A stretch of 64,000 nucleotides of DNA, from assembly GCA_963768045.1 (NCBI GenBank), contig CAVYGG010000005.1:487269-551268 (forward strand), given 5' to 3'. The position numbers were made by a program, and so were the translations under genes. The DNA comes from an uncultured Actinomycetota bacterium. GTDB lineage: Bacteria; Actinomycetota; Actinomycetes; Propionibacteriales; Nocardioidaceae. This document shows, piece by piece, positions 57,262-64,000 of the stretch (positions within the stretch are counted from its first letter, which is position 1; the number at the start of each line of letters is the position of its first letter). The notes under the pieces are model-generated. The model was not told the DNA's origin, did not search any database, and was given only the letters and a program-made list of their open reading frames with translations.

Positions 57262-58587
57262 ATGGCATGGCGTGACTCCCGCTGGCACTACGGCAACCTC
57301 CCGTCCGACGATCTGCTCGCGCTCTCGCGTCGCTTGGGCGAATCATTCCTGGGACGCTGCGTACGCCGCTTCCTGGCCATGGCCGGGATCGACCGGTGCA
57401 TCGTGCTCGCGTCCCAGGCGTTCACCGCGATCATCCCTTTGCTGATCCTCCTCTCCACCTTCGCTCCGGCCGGCCATGAGGATTTTCTGGCACAGACCAT
57501 CGTCACGAGGTTCGGACTGACCGGCGACACGGCCGCCGCCGTACATCAGCTCTTCACTACCCCCGACCACGCGTCCAGCGGTGTCAGCGTGTTCAGTGCG
57601 CTGCTGCTCGTGTTCTCGGCCGTCTCGTTCACCCGCAGGCTGCAGGCGATGTACCGAGCCGCCTGGGAGAAGGAGCACGAGGGCGTCCGGAGCGGGCTGT
57701 TCGCAGCCCTGGGACTCGCCGCCCTGCTGGTTGAGGTGCTCGTGGTCTACGCGATCAGGAGCGTGGCCAGGAGCATCCCGGTCGACTGGTTGCTGATGCT
57801 GCCCTTGTCAGCGGCCACCGGACTGGTGCTCTGGACGTCGATTCCCTACCTGCTTCTCAACCGCGCGGTCCATTGGCGACGGCTCCTCGTGACGGGAGGC
57901 GTCGCAGCCATCGGAACGGCGCTGTACGGCGTGGCGACCACTGTCTACATGCCAGGGCTCATGGAGCGGTACACCCTGGAGTTCGGCCTCTTCGGCATCA
58001 CGATCGTCCTCATCGGGTGGCTCCTGGTCGTCTCGGGTGTGATTGTCGTCAGCGCCGCGGTGGGCGCCGAGTTCGACAAGTCCAGGACGCGGTGGATCGT
58101 GCGACTCAGGACGAGGTACCACCTCGTCGACCCGGACGGCCCCGTCCTGGTGGCCGAAGACCTCGACCGTACGTCGGGCCTCGTGCTCGCCGACGTCCGG
58201 TTGTTTGTTCGAGTCGGCATCAACTGGCTGGTCCTGACCGCGGCGGTGGCGGCCGCCACCGTGATCGTCCCCGGCATCGACGTCGAGGGCGGTCTTGCCG
58301 CCTATCTGGTGGTGTCCCTGTTGTTCGGCCTCGTCAACGCCACGCTCGGACCGCTGTTGCATCTGGTCGCGCTCCCGCTGTCCGCGGTGACACTGGGATT
58401 GTTCGCACTCGTCGTGAACGGCGTCCTGCTGGCCGTCACTGCCGCGCTCACGACGAGCCTCGATCTCGGGGGCTTCGGCGACGCGGTGCTCGGCGCCCTC
58501 GTCATCTCGATCCTGACGACCTTGCTCGAGCTCGTGCTCCGTCCCATCAAGCCCGACCCCCCACGCGGGGGTCCGGGGTTTTCCTGA
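57262..58587 (+). CDS. YihY/BrkB-like membrane protein fused to a C-terminal holin-IV domain
   Basis: LASQAFTAIIPLL...FGLFG...IGWL (YihY-like), then LFGLVNATLGPLL..ALP...TLGLF.LVVNG (holin IV). Confidence 0.75.
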   Translation: MAWRDSRWHYGNLPSDDLLALSRRLGESFLGRCVRRFLAMAGIDRCIVLASQAFTAIIPLLILLSTFAPAGHEDFLAQTIVTRFGLTGDTAAAVHQLFTTPDHASSGVSVFSALLLVFSAVSFTRRLQAMYRAAWEKEHEGVRSGLFAALGLAALLVEVLVVYAIRSVARSIPVDWLLMLPLSAATGLVLWTSIPYLLLNRAVHWRRLLVTGGVAAIGTALYGVATTVYMPGLMERYTLEFGLFGITIVLIGWLLVVSGVIVVSAAVGAEFDKSRTRWIVRLRTRYHLVDPDGPVLVAEDLDRTSGLVLADVRLFVRVGINWLVLTAAVAAATVIVPGIDVEGGLAAYLVVSLLFGLVNATLGPLLHLVALPLSAVTLGLFALVVNGVLLAVTAALTTSLDLGGFGDAVLGALVISILTTLLELVLRPIKPDPPRGGPGFS

Positions 58588-58685
58588 GCGCGACGGTCTT
58601 CGTGCAGAGGCTCGCTCGTCCGTGTCGCGGGCGAAGCTCTGCGAGTCCCAACGGATTGAGCGCGACCCATCTGGCGCCGGATGCC

Positions 58686-59412
58686 TCACGCGAGCGCGTG
58701 GATCCGTAGGCGACCGCAAACCCCAGCGTCGTGACGACTCCGACCAGCTTGCCTCCGTGCTTGAACGCCTCGGGCATCATCGTGTTGGCCAGCATCGTGA
58801 GGATCGCACCGGCCGCGAACGCGAGCACGAAGGCACTCGTGTCGGGTGAGGAGTCCTGGAACGCCGCATATCCGCCCAGGGAGGACAGTCCGCAGACCAC
58901 GGCGATAGCGATCCACATCCACAGGATCCGGCTTCGTGGCCAGCCGTCCCTCGAGAGCCCGCTCGTGGCGGAGATCGCCTCCGGAAGGTTGGAGACGAAG
59001 ACGGCGGCGAGATAGGCAGCGCCGACCTCCCGCCCTCGAAGATCGTCAGGCCGATCACCATCGACTCCGGTATGCCGTCGAGCACGGTGCCGAGCACGAT
59101 GGCCAGTGCGGAGCCACTGCCTTCACCGGTCGCGGCCTTGCGTCCACTCCCGCCGAGCCGGTCGATCAGCCGGTCGCCGCCGAAGAAGACCAGACAGCCG
59201 GCGAACAGCCCAGCGACGACTGAGCCGTGCCCGGATGACATGTCGGTGGCCTCTTCGATCAGGTCGAACGACACCGCGCTGATCAACACGCCGGCTCCGA
59301 AGCCCATGATCAGCCCGATGGTGCGCAAGCCGATCTGGAACGTGAGGGCGATCAGCGCGCCGATCACGAGCGAGGATCCGGCGAGTACCCCCCATCCGAA
59401 TGCCGCCCCCAT
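58686..59412 (-). pseudogene. ZIP-family metal transporter with two single-base frameshifts (~59030, ~58705); possibly sequencing errors
   Basis: MGFGAGVLISAVSFDL, LDGIPES | FVSNLPEA, FAAGAILTMLANTMMPEAF, Y|IHALA*. Both shifts fall at G runs. Confidence 0.82.
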
Positions 59413-59465
59413 CGCCACCTCCTGACGCGCCGTTGAACCCTTGCATGCGTCCCGAACTGGGCGAG

Positions 59466-59482
59466 TCATCCGCGGGGGGTGA
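59466..59482. promoter_or_regulatory. Palindromic motif TCATCC-GCGGG-GGGTGA (regulon box, exact)
   Basis: Near the centre of the divergent ZIP/small membrane protein intergenic region. Confidence 0.7.
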
Positions 59483-59541
59483 CGACTGCTCCACCCGGCC
59501 GGGCCCACAGTTCGACCCGGATCTCCGCGAGAGGAGCACCC

Positions 59542-59838
59542 ATGGGGTGTCTGTTCGTCATGTTCGCCGGCCTGTTTCCACGGCTCGGCCTGTTGATGGT
59601 CTGGATCGCACGCCCGAACCAGGTCGATCTCGCCTTCGACGGGTGGTTCTGGCCCCTGTTGGGCATCATCTTCCTGCCGTTCACGACCCTGATGTACGTG
59701 ATCTTGTATCGCGGAGGCGGTCTCTCGGGATTCGACTGGTTCTGGATCTGCGTGGCGGTCCTCTTCGACATCGGCCACACGGTGACCGGGTACTCCCAGC
59801 GCCGGGCCGTACCGGGCTATCGGCCCCACACCCTCTGA
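59542..59838 (+). CDS. Small three-TM membrane protein
   Basis: MGCLF....FPRL...WIARP..AF..W.WPLLG.IFLP.TTL.Y; GAGGAG RBS. Confidence 0.8.
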   Translation: MGCLFVMFAGLFPRLGLLMVWIARPNQVDLAFDGWFWPLLGIIFLPFTTLMYVILYRGGGLSGFDWFWICVAVLFDIGHTVTGYSQRRAVPGYRPHTL

Positions 59839-59953
59839 TCACGTCCGTTCTCGTCGCGCCGGCGTAGCCACCTGCCACCGGACGTCACCAGGACGGTCGC
59901 CTCGCCGACGACCACCGGCTCCGTCATGCTGAAGCCTGGCTGGACCGTAGGCA

Positions 59954-60190
59954 GTGTTGGCGACGAACCCCATACAACTTCCGCGCCGACGAGAGCTACA
60001 GGTCCGCCGTGCTGTCAGAGCGAGCGTCGTGCAGATCCTGGGCGCGGTGCTCGGGCTCGCGTTTGGACTCCTCGTCCCGCGCATCGACATCGGCCCGACC
60101 GTATCGATCGGACGCGTGACCGAACTTCTGTTCACGCTCGGACTAGGAACGCTCGGGATCGTGACGTTGGCCTTTGTGATGTTCGACGAT
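59954..60190 (+). pseudogene. Probable N-terminal fragment of a membrane protein (DUF2254-like)
   Basis: Two hydrophobic helices (VVQILGAVLGLAFGLLVPRI; LLFTLGLGTLGIVTLAF), after which the coding-like signal is lost. Confidence 0.35.
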
Positions 60191-60314
60191 CTCGTCGAGG
60201 CAACTCCTCCGCACCGCACGCCGCCATCACTCGTTACGCCAGCGGAGCGCTGCAGGTCCAGCTACGTGAGCCGTACGAGCTCGGCGCGGGCCGTCCGGCT
60301 AGTACGTTGACGCA

Positions 60315-61925
60315 ATGCAGCGCGCGGGCGTCCGGATGGGTACCTCCGGGATCGTGCTTTTGACGCTCGCGTCGGGACAGTTCCTGATGACGCTCGACAG
60401 CTCCGTCATGAATGTGTCGATCGCGACCGTGGCCGCCGACGTAGGGACCACGGTGACCGGGATCCAGACCGCGATCACCCTGTACACCCTCGTGATGGCG
60501 TCGTTCATGATCACCGGCGGCAAGATCGGTCAGATCGTTGGTCGCAAGCGGGCGTTCGCGATCGGCTGCGTCGTCTACGGCTGCGGGTCGTTCGTCACGT
60601 CAATTGCGCCGAATCTCACGGTGCTGATCGTCGGATGGTCGGTCCTGGAGGGCGTCGGCGCCGCGCTGATCATGCCCGCCATCGTGGCGTTGGTCGCATC
60701 CAACTTCGGCCGCGCCGAGCGCCCTCGCGCGTACGGACTGGTGGCATCAGCCGGTGCCATTGCCGTGGCGGCCGGGCCACTCATCGGTGGTTTGTTCACC
60801 ACCTATCTGTCCTGGCGTTATGTGTTTGTCGGCGAGGTCCTTGTGGTGGGCGCGATCCTGGCCCTGACCCGGCGAATCGCCGACGTGCCACCCGAGAAGC
60901 GCGTCAAGCTCGACCTCGTCGGGACCGCCCTGTCGGCGCTCGGCCTGGCACTCGTCGTGTTCGGGATCCTGCGCTCGGGAGAGTGGGGGCTCGTCCGGGC
61001 CAAGCCGTCAGCGCCCGAATGGTTGGGTCTGTCGCCGTCGATCTGGCTGGGGCTTGCCGGGGGCGTCGTCCTCTGGCTCTTCGTGGCGTGGGAGAATCGA
61101 CAGGTAGCCCGGGGCGCCGAACCCCTCGTCGATCCCGTGATCCTTCAGAACTCGGTCCTTCGCGGCGGGCTCACCGCGTTCTTCTTCCAGTACCTTCTGC
61201 AGGCCGGTCTCTTCTTTGCGGTGCCACTGTTCCTCTCGGTAGCACTCGGGCTGTCCGCCATCGACACTGGCGTGCGACTTCTTCCGCTGTCGGTCACTCT
61301 GCTGCTGGCGGCTGCGGGAATCCCGAAGGTTTTTCCCGAGGCGTCGCCGCGCCGGGTGGCTCAGCTCGGGATACTCGCGATGTTCGCCGGCATCGTGGTC
61401 ATGGTCGCCGCGCTCGACGCCGGTGCCGGTCCCGAGATCGTCACCTGGCCGATGCTGCTGGCCGGCCTCGGGATAGGTGCGCTGGCTTCGCAGCTCGGCA
61501 GCGTCACCGTGTCCTCGGTTCCGGACGAGCAGGCCGGCGACGTCGGCGGCCTGCAGAACACGGTGACGAATCTCGGAGCATCGATCGGCACCGCACTCGC
61601 CGGCGCCGTGCTCATCTCAGCCCTGACGACGTCGTTCCTGACCGGGATCGAGCAGAACCCCGACGTCCCCTCCGAAGTCACATCCACGGCCACCGTCGAG
61701 CTCGCCGACGGCATTCCCTTCGTTTCCGATCAGCAGCTCCAAACCGCGCTCGACGAGGCAGGGGTGTCGGCGACTACAAGCGACGAGATCGTCGCCGAGA
61801 ACTCGACCGCGCGCCTCGTCGGACTGCGTACGTCGCTCGCGGTCCTGGCGCTCATCGCCTTGATCGCCCTGTTCTTCACCCGCAGGATTCCGACCGAGCA
61901 GCCAGCATCGAGCGCCGCGAGCTGA
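60315..61925 (+). CDS. MFS transporter (14-TM DHA2-like)
   Basis: FLMTLDSSVMNV, GGKIGQIVGRKR, GPLIGG, SWRYVF, DLVG. Confidence 0.92.
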   Translation: MQRAGVRMGTSGIVLLTLASGQFLMTLDSSVMNVSIATVAADVGTTVTGIQTAITLYTLVMASFMITGGKIGQIVGRKRAFAIGCVVYGCGSFVTSIAPNLTVLIVGWSVLEGVGAALIMPAIVALVASNFGRAERPRAYGLVASAGAIAVAAGPLIGGLFTTYLSWRYVFVGEVLVVGAILALTRRIADVPPEKRVKLDLVGTALSALGLALVVFGILRSGEWGLVRAKPSAPEWLGLSPSIWLGLAGGVVLWLFVAWENRQVARGAEPLVDPVILQNSVLRGGLTAFFFQYLLQAGLFFAVPLFLSVALGLSAIDTGVRLLPLSVTLLLAAAGIPKVFPEASPRRVAQLGILAMFAGIVVMVAALDAGAGPEIVTWPMLLAGLGIGALASQLGSVTVSSVPDEQAGDVGGLQNTVTNLGASIGTALAGAVLISALTTSFLTGIEQNPDVPSEVTSTATVELADGIPFVSDQQLQTALDEAGVSATTSDEIVAENSTARLVGLRTSLAVLALIALIALFFTRRIPTEQPASSAAS

Positions 61926-62069
61926 TCGGCTTCCGCTCATGTTGGTCAGGTGTCGAGCTCGGAAAGCCAGCCCAGCGCACTCAGGCTGGGAATGAAGCAG
62001 TACCGCCGCCGCGGTTGGAGATCGACGAGCGTTGTCTTCCAGATCGTCAATCGGCGACCCGTGCCGGCG

Positions 62070-62525
62070 TCACTGACGGGCCATGGCGACGCGGAGGCGT
62101 TCCTCGGGGTCGATGAAGTGGTCGTGGTCGTCCTTGCCGACGCCGATCTGGACCCAGCCGATCTGGCCGGTGAACCGACTGCTCTGTGCGGTGTGGTCGG
62201 GAGTGACGCTGGTGCCGGACTCGTAGCGATGTCGGTGGGCTCGTCGGCGGAGAAGATCAAGCTGGGTCATCTCGACGCGGCCGGTGCCGACCTCGTCGCC
62301 GTCGTAGAAGAGGGTCACGTTGCCGCCCTTGGCGAGGCCGCCTCCGTCGTAGGCAAATTCCATGCGGACCTGGTGCACGCCGGCCGGGACCGGGGAGTCA
62401 GCCTCGGTTGCGAACTCGTGGATCCCCAGAACGTAGTAGACGAACTTCGCTTTCCCGCCCTTCGTGTACAGGGCCCACCCTCCGAACCTGCCGCCTTGGG
62501 CAATGAGGACGCCCTCGGCGCCGCT
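62070..62525 (-). pseudogene. C-terminal remnant of an arylsulfatase
   Basis: GAEGVLIAQGGRFGGWALY...VRMEFAYDGGGLAKGG...FSADE.TDI...RFTGQIGWVQI...DHFIDPEERLRVAMARQ*. The catalytic domain is absent and there are small internal indels. Confidence 0.8.
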
Positions 62526-62581
62526 TCGGCGGCGAGCAACGCGACCCCATGGACGCTAAGGCGGGCCAGCGACCTCGCGTG

Positions 62582-62598
62582 TCACCCCCTTCGGACGA
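62582..62598. promoter_or_regulatory. Regulon box TCACCC-CCTTC-GGACGA
   Basis: One mismatch; immediately upstream of the arylsulfatase remnant. Confidence 0.6.
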
Positions 62599-62669
62599 GT
62601 CGGCTCCGTGGACGGGACGTGTCCGGGACGTCGCTCTTCGTCGGCCACCAACGAGCGGGGGCCCCCATG

Positions 62670-63329
62670 TCAGACGGCGACGCTCACCGGGAACGTCGCG
62701 ATCCAGGCGAGCGCGGCGATGAGGACGGCGCCACCCGCAAGGGTCATGACCCAGCGCAGGCGCCGGGTGGTGAGCCTGGTGCTCATGCCGGCGAAGAACA
62801 GCACCACGGCGTAGAGCACGACCGTCAGCACGTAGTTGCTGGACCGCTGGATGTTCTGGCGAACCTCGGCGGCCGACACCTCCGCGGCGGCATCGATGCG
62901 CTCCGCCTCGTCGCGGGAGGCGACGTGGTACTCGTCCATCGCGAACGGGGTCGGTGGCGCCTCGGGGTTGGCGAAGGGCTTTGTCGCCATCCACGCGTCG
63001 TACGCCGGCCGGAACTCGTCCCGGAAGCGCTTCACGAAGAAGTCGGCGACCTCGCCGTCACCGCGGCGGTCTGCCTCGGCCCAGGCGATGAACGTGGCCA
63101 CGTCGACCTGCGTCTCTGCCTGGGACAGTCCCTGTGCCCGCGCCGCCTCGATCCGGAGCGCGTTGGTGCGACCGGCGGCCGCCGCCTGCTCGCCGTTCCA
63201 ACGGGTGGCCTGGTAGCTGCTCCACGACGTACCGAGTGCGGCGACCACGAGCAGCACCGTGACCAGAAGCTCCTGCCAGGCTCGCCCGTCCTCGGACCGA
63301 GCCTCAGCGTGGGTTGCCATGCTCGTCAC
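62670..63329 (-). CDS. Hypothetical membrane protein (DUF4337-like)
   Basis: ELLVTVLL.VAAL.TSWSSYQATRWNG...PPTPFAMDEY...SSNYVLTVVLYAVVLFFAG. Confidence 0.75.
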   Translation of the reverse strand: MTSMATHAEARSEDGRAWQELLVTVLLVVAALGTSWSSYQATRWNGEQAAAAGRTNALRIEAARAQGLSQAETQVDVATFIAWAEADRRGDGEVADFFVKRFRDEFRPAYDAWMATKPFANPEAPPTPFAMDEYHVASRDEAERIDAAAEVSAAEVRQNIQRSSNYVLTVVLYAVVLFFAGMSTRLTTRRLRWVMTLAGGAVLIAALAWIATFPVSVAV

Positions 63330-64000
63330 ACGGAGGCGTTAGCGAGAGGCCGGCGACCTGGGCCTGGGTGTCGATCAACCGGATGGTGCGCTCCATGGCT
63401 GTCGGCGGCAGTCTGCCCACCCCGTGACCATGTGGGTGGTTGAAGAAGACCAGGAGCAGCATGAGCAGTGCGATGACGATGGTGACGCTGCCCATCAGCA
63501 TGCCCTGCGTCACCGCGCCCTCCGACGAGTCGGCGAAGAACAGCAGATACGCAAAGATCACCCCGCAGATCACGAATAGCACGAGCCAGAGGGGCAACGG
63601 GATGATCCCCTCCGCGCCGTGCACCCGCGCGATCCGCGCCTGCTCCCGATCGGCCGTCTGGCTCATCCACCGGTCGTAGGCAGACTGCTCCGCCGATGTG
63701 CGGGCGTCGACCTGGCGGATCGTCCGGAACATCTCAGCTCCCCACGGGTTGATCTGGTCACCCAGGGTTCCGTCCGCCATGGCATCCCACTCCGGCCCCG
63801 CCACGGATCTTGCGTAGCACGTGAGCTCGCTCGTGAGCTCCTCGGGTGCGTCTCCGGGCAAGAACTGGGCCGTCTGCACTTGCTGCGCCACGATCGTCGC
63901 CTCAGTCTCGGCGCCCGAGCGCGACTCGTCGTAGGACTGAAAGGCCAGGAAGATGATGAACCCGAGTAGCACGGAGAAGCCTGTCGCCAGAACCCCGAAG
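63304..64000 (-). CDS. DUF4239-like membrane protein (5' end outside the window)
   Basis: FGVLATGFSVLLGFIIF...YARSV..EW..M...R..R....IPLPLWLVL. Confidence 0.75.
   Translation of the reverse strand, partial: FGVLATGFSVLLGFIIFLAFQSYDESRSGAETEATIVAQQVQTAQFLPGDAPEELTSELTCYARSVAGPEWDAMADGTLGDQINPWGAEMFRTIRQVDARTSAEQSAYDRWMSQTADREQARIARVHGAEGIIPLPLWLVLFVICGVIFAYLLFFADSSEGAVTQGMLMGSVTIVIALLMLLLVFFNHPHGHGVGRLPPTAMERTIRLIDTQAQVAGLSLTPPCDEHGNPR

Noticed and set aside
37242-58587. Prophage, suggested by three holin-family domains
   Set aside because: No integrase, terminase, capsid, tail or endolysin genes; the neighbours are cellular membrane proteins.
6782-62598. The palindromic boxes as a CRISPR array, terminators or REP elements
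   Set aside because: They are dispersed single copies without regular spacing, cas genes or U-tails. The fixed 5-bp variable spacer and position upstream of starts fit a dimeric transcription-factor site better, though a genome-wide scan is needed to fully exclude a REP.

Overview
High-GC (roughly 70% by eye) actinobacterial chromosomal region; the gene style suggests Nocardioides-like Propionibacteriales/Micrococcales, but this cannot be assigned from sequence alone. Left end: ABC transporter plus two-component system, a decayed IS3-like fragment and a 3' tRNA-Ala fragment (possible att scar), then a WYL regulator/epoxide hydrolase pair. Two things stand out. (1) A 1850-aa protein (8067-13619, minus) with the architecture cNMP-binding - acyl-adenylation - carrier (T) - three Pls-type TM/beta-helix modules - FMN alpha-hydroxy-acid oxidase, i.e. 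a candidate cyclic-nucleotide-gated, membrane-bound polymer/acyl-transfer synthetase. (2) A 17-bp palindrome TCAYCC-N5-GGRTGA found in intergenic DNA 8 times exactly and about 9 more times with 1-2 mismatches between 6.8 and 62.6 kb. It marks a ~56-kb putative regulon containing two MalT-like (STAND-LuxR) regulators, small 'DQxxLxG' proteins, a DUF4331/DyP peroxidase/sulfite-oxidase operon, cardiolipin synthase, SHOCT, holin-like and ion-transport proteins, a HerA-like ATPase, a CYTH-like protein and remnants of a sulfatase/FGE module. An apparently unrelated block (SDR, Rieske oxygenase, DAO-type oxidase, GlxA/DJ-1, GNAT, XRE/TrxB-like) lies at 21-30 kb. Several single-base frameshifts, mostly at G runs, may be sequencing errors. 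All family assignments come from motif recognition by eye; no database search was run.
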